This document shows positions 48,067 through 58,906 of a stretch of DNA of 64,000 nucleotides, in pieces (position 1 is the first letter of the stretch; each line of letters starts with the position of its first letter). The translations under genes were made by a program, and so were the position numbers. Below the pieces are notes generated by a model. That model made no database searches and was not told the DNA's origin. It saw only the letters and a program-made list of their open reading frames with translations. Location: positions 1 through 64,000 of IMG/VR virus record IMGVR_UViG_3300042881_003198. One strand, written 5' to 3'. The stretch comes from an uncultured virus (IMG/VR IMGVR_UViG_3300042881_003198). Its lineage: Duplodnaviria; Heunggongvirae; Uroviricota; Caudoviricetes.

Positions 48067-50364
48067 TCAGATTTTGCAACTTTCACAATCGTCTTCGCCA
48101 GAACTCATAATGTCATCAAGAAGAGATTGAAGTTGTTGTTTTGGTTCTTCAACTTCATCTGTCTTATTATCATAAGTGTTTTGATAGTATGCTGTTTTAT
48201 GCCCCAATTTGAAACAAGTAAGCATATCCTGTGCCATTACGCTAACAGGAACCTCATTGTTCTCATAATTCTCTGGGTTATATGACCAGTTTCCAGAAAT
48301 CGCCTGATCAAAGAATTTTTGCATAACAGCAACAATATTGATATAACCACGATTGCTAGGCATATCCCAAAGAAGCGTATAATTGTTCTTAAGAGTATGA
48401 TACTGTGGAACAATCTGCTTGAGCGGTCCCTTCTTCGACTTCTTAACGGACAGATATCCTCTGGGAGGTTCAATTCCGTTTGTTGCATTTGACACAACGG
48501 AACTACTCTCCGATGGCATCTGTGCGGACAGTGTTGAGTTCCTAACTCCATACTGTTTGACCTGTGCTCTAAGACTTTCCCAATCATACTTCAGATTATT
48601 TGGAATGATTTCATCAACGTCAGTTTTGTATGTATCAATGGGCAAAATACCATTACCATACTTGGTGCGATGAGAGTATTCACAGGCACCCTTTTCTTTA
48701 GCAAGATTGACAGTTGCCTGAATGAGATAGTATTGGAATGCCTCAGTCAGATCGTGAACTAATTGCCATGCCCCAGGATCGGCATAATTCTGCCCGTGCT
48801 TGGCAAGATAATGTGCCAAACCAATATAACCTACGCCAAGTGACCTACGTGCTCTGGTGGCGATTTCTGCTGCTTTGACGGGGTATCTTTGAAAATCAAT
48901 AAGTTCATCAAGACTCCTAACAGCAAGATCACAAAGAACTTCAAGATCTTCATTACTTTTAATTTTACCAACATTAATAGCAGAAAGAATACAAAGAGCA
49001 ATTTCCCCATTTGGATCATCAATATGTTGAATCGGTTTTGTTGGGAGTGTGATTTCCTGACAAAGATTACTCATCTCAACTTTATCCATAAAGGAAGAGT
49101 GGGAGTTGCAGTGGTCAATATTCATAATGTAAATACGACCAGTTTCGGCACGTTCTTTCAGAAGATCCAGAAATAGTTCTTGAGCGCCGATAGTTTTTCT
49201 TGGAATAGATCCATCTCGTTCATAACCCACATAAAGGTCGTCAAATCGATCAGTGCCAAAAGCATCATAAAGACCAGGAACGTCGTGTGGGGAGAAGAGT
49301 GTGATTTCTCCGTTTTGAATGAATCGTTCATAGAAAATTTTGCTGATTTGGATACTGTAGTCTAACTTACGAACACGGTTATCTTCGGTTCCTTTGTTAT
49401 TTTTTAATACTAGGATGTCTTGGATTTCTTGGTGCCAGATTGGAAAGTGGACAGTTGCTGATCCACCACGGATGCCGTTTTGAGTGCAAGATCTGACAGT
49501 TGCCTGAAACTTTTGGAGGAATGGGATAACACCTGTATGAATAACTTCTCCCCCTCTGATTTTACTGTTGATGCCACGGATTCTACCTGCATTGATGCCA
49601 ATTCCTGCTCTTTGAGCAACATACCTAAAGATTGCAGAATCACTAGACTCAATACTAGGGAGGGTGTCATCAACATCAACAAGAACACAACTTGCATATT
49701 GGCGAAGTGGGGTTCTAACACCTGCCATGATTGGTGTGGGAATGTTGATTTTATGTTTGGAGATTGCGTCATAATACCTCTTAACGTAATCTAGACGAGT
49801 TTCTTTTGGATACTTAGAAAAAATAGTTGCTGAAATCAAAAGGTACATAAACTGTGGGGTCTCATAAAGAGCACCACTACTCCTATCTTGAACAAGATAC
49901 TTGTCCACTACTTGTCTAAGTCCTGCATAAGTGAACAAGTAGTCACGATCATGATCAATAAACGACTCAAGTTTCTCAAATTCTTCATCTGTGTAAAGAT
50001 CAAGAATTTCTGAATCATAAACTCCGTCATCAACACAATCAAGAACGTGTTGCTTTACGGTTGGGAATTCATGCATACGTCCAAACAATTGCTTGCGAAG
50101 AGCAAACAGAAGAAGACGAGCAGCAACAAATTGATAATTAGGATGATCCAGATCAATCAAATCAGAAGCAGAACGAATCAGAATTTCCTGAACCTCTGCT
50201 GTAGTAATTCCATCATAAAACTGAATTCCAGATTGCATTTCAACTTGAGATGCAGAAACTCCAGCAAGATCCTTACAGGATTCTTCCACCATAACATGAA
50301 GTTTATTCAAATCAAGTGGTTCAGTATTTCCATTTCTTTTAGTGACTTTTGTTCCGTTGTTCAT
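48067..50364 (-). CDS. nrdA: Ribonucleotide reductase class Ia alpha subunit
   Basis: ATP cone, PTPIMAG, SCVL, SNLCQEI, MPSESSS, C-terminal CESCKI. Confidence 0.97.
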   Translation of the reverse strand: MNNGTKVTKRNGNTEPLDLNKLHVMVEESCKDLAGVSASQVEMQSGIQFYDGITTAEVQEILIRSASDLIDLDHPNYQFVAARLLLFALRKQLFGRMHEFPTVKQHVLDCVDDGVYDSEILDLYTDEEFEKLESFIDHDRDYLFTYAGLRQVVDKYLVQDRSSGALYETPQFMYLLISATIFSKYPKETRLDYVKRYYDAISKHKINIPTPIMAGVRTPLRQYASCVLVDVDDTLPSIESSDSAIFRYVAQRAGIGINAGRIRGINSKIRGGEVIHTGVIPFLQKFQATVRSCTQNGIRGGSATVHFPIWHQEIQDILVLKNNKGTEDNRVRKLDYSIQISKIFYERFIQNGEITLFSPHDVPGLYDAFGTDRFDDLYVGYERDGSIPRKTIGAQELFLDLLKERAETGRIYIMNIDHCNSHSSFMDKVEMSNLCQEITLPTKPIQHIDDPNGEIALCILSAINVGKIKSNEDLEVLCDLAVRSLDELIDFQRYPVKAAEIATRARRSLGVGYIGLAHYLAKHGQNYADPGAWQLVHDLTEAFQYYLIQATVNLAKEKGACEYSHRTKYGNGILPIDTYKTDVDEIIPNNLKYDWESLRAQVKQYGVRNSTLSAQMPSESSSVVSNATNGIEPPRGYLSVKKSKKGPLKQIVPQYHTLKNNYTLLWDMPSNRGYINIVAVMQKFFDQAISGNWSYNPENYENNEVPVSVMAQDMLTCFKLGHKTAYYQNTYDNKTDEVEEPKQQLQSLLDDIMSSGEDDCESCKI

Positions 50365-51332
50365 ACTTTCTTCCATTCGTTAAACTTTACTTTTGCTTCT
50401 AAACCTGAGTGTGTATTCAATTTTAACATATCCATAACCGAAAGTCCAGCAAGAATCATATCGTTTATATCCTTTTGCTGAATGGATTTGGGCCATACTA
50501 TAATTTTATTTCCACCCTCAATAATCTTATTCATACGATTGCAGATTTCTCGGTTTCGTGGTTCATTATCAAAGACATAAACTACATCCTTAAAATTACA
50601 GGATGATACATCAACATCGGCACCACACATAGCGATTCCATTCTCTACAAACTCAGAGTCAAATGGTCCCTCAACAATATAAACCGTCTCATTTGCATTT
50701 ACCTTATTGAGTCCATAAAGTTTGGGAATTGAATCATCCAAGATGACGGTAATGTATTTAACACTATTCGGACCTAGTGCTCTTCCCTGAAATCCGAAGA
50801 CTTCTCCTTCCCTAGTGTATAGTGGTATGACTATACGACTCTCATCCTTTACAATCCTACTATATGTGGGTTTTTGAGTATTCACCCACTCCTGAAACTT
50901 GTCAGCAAAATAAAACTTTTCCGGATTGAGTTGTCTTTTTTCTAGATATTCCTTGGCAAGTTGATTTGATGATGCTTTTGGAAGGTCCAGTTTCTTGGAA
51001 AATGTTGGTTTTGAGAACTCAAACTTTGGTTCTTCAACTACAAAGTTCTTACCGGTATATCCTTCCTTAAACTTCTCCATCGTATATTGCTTATGAAGAG
51101 TGGAGTCTAGTTCTTTGAGAAAGTTATTGAAGGACATACTTGCCCCACAGTTATGACACTTAAAATTAGTATTGTTCTTTACAGGATACAAATATCCTCT
51201 AGTCTTATTTTTATTCTTTTGAGAGTCTCCACACATAGGGCAGCGAAAATTGTAGAGATCTGCCTTGACTCTTTTAAATTTTTGAAGGCGTGAGGAAACT
51301 AGTCCAATATACTTGGAATCAATTAAATCCAT
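50361..51332 (-). CDS. T4-like DNA primase (gp61)
   Basis: NFRCPMCGDS...CHNCG zinc finger; VEGPFDS, FDNEPRN, KDINDM. Confidence 0.93.
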   Translation of the reverse strand: MDLIDSKYIGLVSSRLQKFKRVKADLYNFRCPMCGDSQKNKNKTRGYLYPVKNNTNFKCHNCGASMSFNNFLKELDSTLHKQYTMEKFKEGYTGKNFVVEEPKFEFSKPTFSKKLDLPKASSNQLAKEYLEKRQLNPEKFYFADKFQEWVNTQKPTYSRIVKDESRIVIPLYTREGEVFGFQGRALGPNSVKYITVILDDSIPKLYGLNKVNANETVYIVEGPFDSEFVENGIAMCGADVDVSSCNFKDVVYVFDNEPRNREICNRMNKIIEGGNKIIVWPKSIQQKDINDMILAGLSVMDMLKLNTHSGLEAKVKFNEWKKV

Positions 51333-51342
51333 TATAAGGGTT

Positions 51343-51786
51343 TTACTTTGCTCTTTCTATCCTAATCTTTTCTGAGTCTGGTGTCAAGACATCCACCACC
51401 ATAGATGACTGAGAAAATACAAAAGAAATTATTACTAAAGCACCCACAACTAACCAACGAAACTTAACGACATCATCAACTTTTTTATCAAGATTAATTA
51501 TACGCTCATCTATTTTTTCTTCCAGCGATTCAAATCTTTCAATTACTCTACCGTGCTCTTCTGTATTTTTTACTTCAATTGTTTTAATTCTATCAATAAT
51601 TAAGTCATCATTTTTACCACTATTTTCCAATTTTTCTTCATGAACTGCCAACATTTTAGAAATGCTTTGACTTGTCTTACCCATTATCTGAATTGCTTCA
51701 TCTATCTTTTTCATCATAACCTCATAGGAAGTAAGACGTTCTTCGAGAACCGCAATTTTTGTTTCGTTGGATGATTTGTTAAACAT
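51343..51786 (-). CDS. Coiled-coil protein with C-terminal TM segment
   Basis: IAVLEE...MLAVHEEKL...KFRWLVVG. Confidence 0.6.
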   Translation of the reverse strand: MFNKSSNETKIAVLEERLTSYEVMMKKIDEAIQIMGKTSQSISKMLAVHEEKLENSGKNDDLIIDRIKTIEVKNTEEHGRVIERFESLEEKIDERIINLDKKVDDVVKFRWLVVGALVIISFVFSQSSMVVDVLTPDSEKIRIERAK

Positions 51787-51848
51787 TTTTTTGTTGGTTG
51801 GTATGGGATTTACGAAACAAAAAAATCAAGTAGTAATTATATTATTAT

Positions 51849-52061
51849 TTATTTGGATTTTCTTCTTTGCATTCTGGCAAGATTTTTGAAGAATGGATTC
51901 CAATTCCTTCTTTTTCCTTTTCTCAAATCTACTGGAGGACTATCACCCGCTTCTGCTGTACCCGCAATCTTTCCACCAACAAGACTATTAGTGGGAGCAC
52001 CGCCACCCTCACCTTCTTCTTTGAGAGTATGAATAATATCAATAATCTTGTTTATATCCAT
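51849..52061 (-). CDS. Hypothetical protein
   Basis: APTNS...IAG...DSPPV. Confidence 0.5.
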   Translation of the reverse strand: MDINKIIDIIHTLKEEGEGGGAPTNSLVGGKIAGTAEAGDSPPVDLRKGKRRNWNPFFKNLARMQRRKSK

Positions 52062-52432
52062 TAGATTTTCTGCAATTGGGACAGACACTCAGAATCTTCA
52101 ATAATTTCGTGTATCTGAGTTTTGGGATATTCTGGTAAACGATTTAAAAACAGTAAAAAACTTTTAATAGACGGCCACAGTTCCTTTTCTAAATTATAGA
52201 ATAACAAAGGAACTGCGGCATCGTTAAAAACATTAAAGAGGATAATAAGATGATTTAAGATGAGATGAGTTTTTAATTCGCCAGTATTTTTATATCTTTT
52301 TAATAATCTTTTTACATATCTAATTCTTTTCAAATCAGACTCAAAATCCTCCATCGTTACTGATTGAGGATTTTCGTAATATTTAATGGCAAATAATATA
52401 TAATTATTTTCATTCAACTCATCAAATCTCAT
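52061..52432 (-). CDS. Conserved T4-like-phage hypothetical protein
   Basis: FAIKYYENP...FESDLKRIRYVKRL...LILNHLIILFNVF. Confidence 0.7.
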   Translation of the reverse strand: MRFDELNENNYILFAIKYYENPQSVTMEDFESDLKRIRYVKRLLKRYKNTGELKTHLILNHLIILFNVFNDAAVPLLFYNLEKELWPSIKSFLLFLNRLPEYPKTQIHEIIEDSECLSQLQKI

Positions 52433-52433
52433 A

Positions 52434-53456
52434 TCATGCAGTAACAGTTAAAGTGGTTGTACCAATACCAACTCCAGAAGTTGTTCCAGCACCAGCAACA
52501 TTACGAAGAAGAACATCTCCAAATTGTGATGTGAACGAACTAATCACACCAACGCCATTTGATCCATCAGTAATCACTCCAACAAAACCACGCGAGAGAT
52601 CAATAGATAACTTAGTGGCATTTGTGCGAGTACTAAATGTAACAGCAGTAGTAATACCAATCACAGATGGAACCGTAGATGCTGTTCCAATTGTAACAAA
52701 GGTATCTCCAACAGCAACTACAGATCTTGTTGTGATCGCAGTTCCAACAGTAATTGAACTTCCCGCAGAAACACCAGTCAAACTGCTAACAAAAATTATA
52801 GTAGAACCAGCAGCAACTGTGGAATTGATAGAAGTAGTTAAGAAATTAACATTTGCAGTAAGAACTGTACTTGGAGCAGTGAATGCAAATGCTACTCTAT
52901 TTGTAATCTGACCGTTGAAATTCGTATATACATCTGGAGATCCATGAATAGCAGCAGATCCTGCCCAAGCATATTGAGTGCCAGTGTTTGATACTGCAGT
53001 TCCAACGATTCTTGTTGTTTCATTTGCATTGTTTGCATCAAAGGCACGAATACTAACAGTTGCTCCAGCACCAGCAAAAACAAGTTCATTAAACACAACA
53101 TGAACATAACCAGTAGCACCAGTTGAAATGCCAGTAGTTGCTCCACCGCCGATAGAAATTGGTGATGCCTGATTAGGATCTTCAAAGAAAACTGCGACTG
53201 GTTCAGCAGTTCCAATACCAGTAGATCCACCAACATTAGTACTATTAATCCCAGTAACAGGGACTAAAACTTCGTCAAAGTAACGAGTAGAAATTCCCGA
53301 ATTTACTTTAGTCTTATATCTTCTCTGAATCCAACCACGAACATCTGCAAAAGTATTCCAAGGACTTGTGTTACGATCAGTCTCAAGTTGGAATTTTGGA
53401 ATTGCGTAATTATTTGCTGCAGTTTCAGCGTTTGTTGAAATGCCCCAAAGTGACAT
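52434..53456 (-). CDS. Probable virion structural protein
   Basis: MSLWG N-terminus, G/T/S-rich; late promoter upstream. Confidence 0.6.
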   Translation of the reverse strand: MSLWGISTNAETAANNYAIPKFQLETDRNTSPWNTFADVRGWIQRRYKTKVNSGISTRYFDEVLVPVTGINSTNVGGSTGIGTAEPVAVFFEDPNQASPISIGGGATTGISTGATGYVHVVFNELVFAGAGATVSIRAFDANNANETTRIVGTAVSNTGTQYAWAGSAAIHGSPDVYTNFNGQITNRVAFAFTAPSTVLTANVNFLTTSINSTVAAGSTIIFVSSLTGVSAGSSITVGTAITTRSVVAVGDTFVTIGTASTVPSVIGITTAVTFSTRTNATKLSIDLSRGFVGVITDGSNGVGVISSFTSQFGDVLLRNVAGAGTTSGVGIGTTTLTVTA

Positions 53457-53547
53457 GTTTCTTACCTACAAAATTCTTTTTCTAATAATATTTATAAAAA
53501 AAGGAGACCTTTACTTTATAGGTCTCCTTAACATTTTTGATTAACTC

Positions 53548-53733
53548 TCAAGGAGTAATATCTTTTGCACCTTTTGCTTTCAGAGCATTTTGTGCCTGAA
53601 TAAGAATGAGTGAAAGAATACCGTTTGCTTTGATTTTTGGGTTTGCTCCAAGTGCTTCCGAAACTGCAAAAAGAACAGTTGCGATAAGTGCTTGATTGGC
53701 ATTTGCCCAAGCGATAATTGCTGCGATTGTCAT
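53548..53733 (-). CDS. Small hydrophobic protein
   Basis: LFAVSEALG..PKIKANGILSLI; GGAG upstream. Confidence 0.6.
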   Translation of the reverse strand: MTIAAIIAWANANQALIATVLFAVSEALGANPKIKANGILSLILIQAQNALKAKGAKDITP

Positions 53734-53774
53734 AATAATCTCCGTGTGAAAGAGTATCCTGTACTATTTAGAAT

Positions 53775-55619
53775 TTATTTTTCTTGTTTACGTCTCTCTT
53801 CGGCTGCACGTCTTCTTCTTAACTGTTCTACAGCACGAGCAGCTGCCCTATCTCCTCTTTTCTGGTCGTCTGCCATGTCATCGGCGGTTCCACCCCCCAT
53901 ATAACGATTTCTTCCTCTATTTTGGTCTGCTCTACCAAGACTTCTGAATTCTCCTTGCCCCTCATCAACCATTTCACCTTCTGGTTCATAAGAAGAAGAG
54001 ATAATCTTGTTTGCCTTTACCGCAAGAGTATCAACTTTTTTACCAGTCTTAATCTTACGATTTGATTCTGGTGCAGATGGTTTTGTTTCAGTTTTTGTTA
54101 CTGCTCCTGGTTTGGCAGTATTCTTCATACCAGCAAGTTCTAAATTTGCTCTATGTGTCAGTTCTTCTTTTCTTTTACGCTCTTGCTCTTGCTTCTTTCT
54201 TTGTGCTGGAGTAATTGTATTCTTTGTTCTCTCGGAAGCCGGTCTTAGTCCAGCAATTGCTTCATCAACCATTTCACCATCGGGTTCATAAGACATCTTG
54301 AGACCCATTGCTCTTAACTTATTTTTAACCAGATTTACTTTAGTTGGAATTTCTCTAACATCAGATTCACTCTTTTTGAGTTTTGGTTTGTCGCCCATAC
54401 CACATTCAGATTCTTCTTTAACTGGAGTTTGTGGCTTCATTTTTGCACCCAATTGAGTTTGAGGAGTTCTGGGTTTTACAGTTTGACCTCTCAGATTATA
54501 CTTTGCCTCATCTTTTCTTTGCGATTCGGGTGTAGGAAAGTATCCAGATTCCTTTACAGTTTCTGGAAGACCTTTGTGCTTTGTTGATGCAAATTTCTTT
54601 GCTTCTTTCTTACTCATACCTTTTGCTGCTTTTGCAACTTCAGGGCTTGCGGGTTTTTCGCCTTTTTTAGCAGCATAAACCATTCCCATAAAACGCTGCT
54701 GTGCCGAACTGACTGCCTTTTCAGAAATTAGTTCGCCATCAAGTTCTTGATGATTCATCAATCCTACACTTTTATCCTGAGTAGGTGCAATAATAACTTT
54801 ATTCTTTTTTCCCTTCTTCATTATATCAATTTTTTTATCATTTGAGTCTTCGGTTTCTGCTTCGTGAATGAACTCTTCTTTACGAGTAGCAATTGCCGAA
54901 CCGATTTTATTGCGACGATTCTTGAGGTAATCATCGGTCTTATTGACCTTACCATCATTATTAATATCAGAATCTTCCTTACCAACAGGGTCTAGTCCCT
55001 TACCTGATGCAACCTTTGCGGTTTGCTCACCCTTTTTCTTTTCACCTTCATAGGGTTCGCCATATCCGGTCATTTCAACTGATTCAATATTTGAATTTGC
55101 ACGAAGTTGATTAATCTTTTCACGAGTTGCATATCTTACATAAGACTTTTTGGTATTCTTATCGGTTACTCTAACCTTATACTTTCTGTGCTCTGCACTA
55201 TCAAGTTCTTCAAGATAGGTTAAAGAAATTGATTCTTGTTCTTGTTCGGTTCCTTCAACAAAAACCTTAAAAAGTGCTTTGGCAACATTATCAGATGCCG
55301 CATCCTTAAAGATAGGATTAAAATCTTCTGCCTTCATACCACCACCCTCTTTACCGAATAGTTTTGCCTTAACAATAGTTTTTTCTTGACCTCCCATACT
55401 ACTATTTTGCATATATTGAGAGAATGCCTGGCGAAGTGGAATATCTTCTCTTCTTGCTCTGTAGCGAATATCATATACTGCCTGCTTTGCTCTTTGTTCT
55501 GGGGACTTTTCACTATTTTTCTTTTTGTCTCCATCGGCGGGAGTAGCACCGGAACCAGAACCAGCAGCGGCAGGAGCGTGTTTTCTCGCTGGTAACTCTT
55601 CGGCAATATGATTTTTCAT
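53775..55619 (-). CDS. Large charged hypothetical protein, possible internal head protein
   Basis: GLDPVGKEDSDINNDG; KAVSSAQQRFMGM...FASTKHKGLPE; repeated SYEPxGEMVDE. Confidence 0.7.
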   Translation of the reverse strand: MKNHIAEELPARKHAPAAAGSGSGATPADGDKKKNSEKSPEQRAKQAVYDIRYRARREDIPLRQAFSQYMQNSSMGGQEKTIVKAKLFGKEGGGMKAEDFNPIFKDAASDNVAKALFKVFVEGTEQEQESISLTYLEELDSAEHRKYKVRVTDKNTKKSYVRYATREKINQLRANSNIESVEMTGYGEPYEGEKKKGEQTAKVASGKGLDPVGKEDSDINNDGKVNKTDDYLKNRRNKIGSAIATRKEEFIHEAETEDSNDKKIDIMKKGKKNKVIIAPTQDKSVGLMNHQELDGELISEKAVSSAQQRFMGMVYAAKKGEKPASPEVAKAAKGMSKKEAKKFASTKHKGLPETVKESGYFPTPESQRKDEAKYNLRGQTVKPRTPQTQLGAKMKPQTPVKEESECGMGDKPKLKKSESDVREIPTKVNLVKNKLRAMGLKMSYEPDGEMVDEAIAGLRPASERTKNTITPAQRKKQEQERKRKEELTHRANLELAGMKNTAKPGAVTKTETKPSAPESNRKIKTGKKVDTLAVKANKIISSSYEPEGEMVDEGQGEFRSLGRADQNRGRNRYMGGGTADDMADDQKRGDRAAARAVEQLRRRRAAEERRKQEK

Positions 55620-55639
55620 ATTAAGACTTTACTACTTTA

Positions 55640-56959
55640 CTATTTTCTATACTTATTTATAAAGTCCTTAATATTAGATGCTTTATAACCACGATAGGGT
55701 TTTGCTCCGTATTGTAGATTTGTTTCGGGTGCCTCTGGTGTCATATCCGCAACATACTTATAGAATCCAGAAGTTCCAACTAAAGTATTTGGTTTTCCGG
55801 GTTCTCTCATTTTTTTATCCATTTGAACTTCGGTATATTTCTTTGTTTCCATCACATCCTTAATCCAGGACTTAAACATCATACCAGATTCGGTTACACA
55901 AATCAGATAATTAGTTCCACGACGTAAGATTCTTCCAACAAGACCGGTGTTTAGATTCTCCACTAACTGACCAATTTGGAATATTTTTTCGCAAATATAA
56001 TTCTCACGAAGAGTCTGGTAATCAAACTTAGGAGCAATTTCCCAGAGATTCCAGTTCTCATTAATACCCATGGATGCTCGTACAGAATCAAATAATTCTT
56101 GTGCGGATTTACGCTTCATATCGGGAGGAAGACCCTCTCTAAACTTACGAAAATCTCCTTCGGCAGCGGCAAGTCTCATTCTGGATGCAGACATACCTTC
56201 CACACCTTTTGCATCGGGGTCTCTATCACCGGCAGAAACTACTTCAATAGCATCAAAGGCATATAATTGACCGTTGTAATTATTAGATAGTTTCTCAAAC
56301 TCCTTGACTCTATCAGAACCACCTACAATTCTAACATTCGTATATCCATCGTTATGTGCCTTTTTAAGAACATCAAAGATAGTCTTATTTGCGGCATCAT
56401 TTACAATTCTTTCACTATGAGCAGGGAACATCTGTCTCATATATGAAATCTTTGTATCAGGGTCTAGTGGATTCTTTTTCTTATCCTGACTTCTGGACGG
56501 ATAGATTAAATAGTCTCCACCATCTGCCTGAGATGATGCGGCAGCAACATCCATCAATTGCTGGTGTCCGACTGTAGGAGGATTAAAACGACCGAAAGCA
56601 ACAGTAAGAGTTCCTTTAGTCTTAGGAACAGGTGGTGGAGTTGCCACAGGTTGTTGGGGTTCCTGTGCTACTGGTTGCTGCTCTGGTGCGGGTTGTTGCT
56701 GCTGTTGAGGTGGTTGTTGGGCATTTGGGTCATTATAACTTGGAGAAGGAACATCCTTTTCGTGTGGAGTCTGAACCGGGTCTTTTCCTACTCTTTGTCT
56801 CTTATTATAGAACTTTAACTTTCCACCTTCGGTCTTGGCAACAAACTCTCCTGTTGATCTGTCATACCAACCTCCGTGTCCGTCTCCCTGCAACCCAAGA
56901 CGCTGAGCTTGGTCTGCTGCAGAAGTTGCTTCTGATATAAATTGGAGGAAACTTTTCAT
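55640..56959 (-). CDS. Cytidylyltransferase-like protein
   Basis: FGRFNPPTVGH, KNPL, VGGSDR, SAGDRDPD, MSASRMR. Confidence 0.85.
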   Translation of the reverse strand: MKSFLQFISEATSAADQAQRLGLQGDGHGGWYDRSTGEFVAKTEGGKLKFYNKRQRVGKDPVQTPHEKDVPSPSYNDPNAQQPPQQQQQPAPEQQPVAQEPQQPVATPPPVPKTKGTLTVAFGRFNPPTVGHQQLMDVAAASSQADGGDYLIYPSRSQDKKKNPLDPDTKISYMRQMFPAHSERIVNDAANKTIFDVLKKAHNDGYTNVRIVGGSDRVKEFEKLSNNYNGQLYAFDAIEVVSAGDRDPDAKGVEGMSASRMRLAAAEGDFRKFREGLPPDMKRKSAQELFDSVRASMGINENWNLWEIAPKFDYQTLRENYICEKIFQIGQLVENLNTGLVGRILRRGTNYLICVTESGMMFKSWIKDVMETKKYTEVQMDKKMREPGKPNTLVGTSGFYKYVADMTPEAPETNLQYGAKPYRGYKASNIKDFINKYRK

Positions 56960-57207
56960 TACTTACTTAATTTTTTCTTACAAATATTCGCCATTATTGC
57001 TTCTTTATTAGCAATAATATAGTTTAAACCATTTTTTCTAATCTTAATATATTTATTCTTTAACAAATCTGATTTATTTGATTTGATTTCCTTATCAAGT
57101 GTGAAATAGAAATACTTGATAAAATCATTAAAGACATCATTTGGTATTGATTTTTTTGTGGTAAAAATATCAAGAATATTATTCAGAAATAATTGAAGGT
57201 CTTTCAT
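56959..57207 (-). CDS. Hypothetical protein
   Basis: ORF track. Confidence 0.45.
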   Translation of the reverse strand: MKDLQLFLNNILDIFTTKKSIPNDVFNDFIKYFYFTLDKEIKSNKSDLLKNKYIKIRKNGLNYIIANKEAIMANICKKKLSK

Positions 57208-57224
57208 ATTAAACTAGTTCTATT

Positions 57225-58559
57225 TCACTCAAGTTTATAATATGGAGCAGAATAAGTTGCTTGAGAACTTGCATACAAATAAAAATCTTGAACTACACTA
57301 TCTCGCATTTCCCCAGATATTGAATTAATTATTTGAAACAACTTCATAACAAGATATTTTGAATATCTATACTTATTTGATTTTTTTTGTATAAGATTTG
57401 CAATATCTTCAATTTGTTGTGGTTTAATTATTCCATCCGATGCCATTAACTGGGATATATTCATACAATGCTCAATAGTATTTTTTGTGGCAAGTGACGC
57501 AGACTCTGTAGAAGATGGAATTTGAGATAAACCATGTCTTCTTAAAATAAAATTAATTGGGCCAAGAGAAATTTTTCCTTGATTAGCAGATGCACCTTTA
57601 ATTTCTCCCTGCCAACCTGTCAAGGATGTCTCACCTCCAAAACTTCTAAACTGTATCTTTTCATTATTGAGAGATCCCCACCGAATATACCCATCCATAG
57701 AATCTACATTACTAGTTGTCCCATAAAATTTTGCGCTATTTACCTTAGTATCTGAGGGAAAATTTTTCTTTGATATTTTTCCGCTACCGTACATTTTTTT
57801 AAGAGATACTCCAATAACCTGATTATTTTTAATATACTCATACATCTGAGCATTTAAACCTCTTAAAGATCTTTCCTGACTTAATTTTCCTAGATTGACG
57901 CCATTACTTATCATATAAATGTCTGCTGGGCTCCATTTATTTAAATTACCAAATGCCTTTTCATCTTTATTAATTCTACTAAAAGCAGATTCAATCAAAG
58001 AAACTTCACCAGAACCCCTATGAAAAGTGAACTTTCCTTTACCGTTAAAATATCTATATAGAGCATTTGCCCCCAGAATAGATGAATTTATCCAATCATC
58101 AGGAAGATCATTAATTATACTCTGAACAGATGAATCAATAAACGATGTAGATGATGCCTTTATAAAATTATCTTTAGTAACATCAAGAATTGTCATTTCT
58201 CTTCTCAAGACATTAAATACTACCGCAGCATATAATGCCTGAGAAGATTCTGACAATTTCGTAAGAGCAGCCCCTGCGCCAGATCCACCACCTCCAGACT
58301 TTTTATATATTAATTTTATTACAGAATTTGATTTAGGTAAAACAATTTTAGTTACTGGAAATGACGACTCACTTTTATCAATTTCATTTTTAAAGTTAAC
58401 TCTTCTTCCTTTTAACTGTTTTGAAATATTATCCTGATCTTCTGCTCTTTGTGCAGAAATTATTCTAATCTTATCTACTTTTGGTCCAGTTTTAATTACC
58501 TTAGTTTCATATCCAGACAATACAGAATTTACTGCCAATAATATTTCAGAGTCTGTCAT
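57225..58559 (-). CDS. Hypothetical protein, possible PD-(D/E)xK nuclease
   Basis: E...KWSPADIY...IGVSLKK. Confidence 0.55.
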   Translation of the reverse strand: MTDSEILLAVNSVLSGYETKVIKTGPKVDKIRIISAQRAEDQDNISKQLKGRRVNFKNEIDKSESSFPVTKIVLPKSNSVIKLIYKKSGGGGSGAGAALTKLSESSQALYAAVVFNVLRREMTILDVTKDNFIKASSTSFIDSSVQSIINDLPDDWINSSILGANALYRYFNGKGKFTFHRGSGEVSLIESAFSRINKDEKAFGNLNKWSPADIYMISNGVNLGKLSQERSLRGLNAQMYEYIKNNQVIGVSLKKMYGSGKISKKNFPSDTKVNSAKFYGTTSNVDSMDGYIRWGSLNNEKIQFRSFGGETSLTGWQGEIKGASANQGKISLGPINFILRRHGLSQIPSSTESASLATKNTIEHCMNISQLMASDGIIKPQQIEDIANLIQKKSNKYRYSKYLVMKLFQIINSISGEMRDSVVQDFYLYASSQATYSAPYYKLE

Positions 58560-58585
58560 TGCTCTTTTATTTTATTTTTATTTAG

Positions 58586-58665
58586 TGCCCAAGAGAGGAC
58601 TCGAACCTCCACGCCGAAGCACATGATCCTAAGTCATGCGTGTATACCAATTTCACCACTTGGGC
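58586..58665 (-). tRNA. tRNA-Leu(TAG)
   Basis: CATGA-CTTAGGA-TCATG; variable arm; GTTCGAG. Confidence 0.93.
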
Positions 58666-58724
58666 TTATGGAGAATATAAAATTCATTCTCCTAATAAAT
58701 GCTTACAAAGCACCGGTCATATAA

Positions 58725-58901
58725 TCATTCTACAATAGCACCAATCTTTTCATCAAGGTCCATAATTACAGAACGAATATCACTAATACGAGGAGGAACA
58801 GAAACCTCATCATAAGTATAACCTTTTTGGTTCTCAAAAAGAATTTGACGAACTGCAGCGGCAGTACGAACATCCATTTTAATAGATACGGATTTAGTCA
58901 T
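58725..58901 (-). CDS. Small hypothetical protein (58 aa)
   Basis: MTKSVSIKMDVRTAAAVRQILFENQKGYT...PPRI..IR read by hand. Confidence 0.55.
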   Translation of the reverse strand: MTKSVSIKMDVRTAAAVRQILFENQKGYTYDEVSVPPRISDIRSVIMDLDEKIGAIVE

Positions 58902-58906
58902 CAGTT

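Noticed and set aside
46839..50364. Introns or inteins in nrdA/nrdB
   Set aside because: Both are uninterrupted and of normal length
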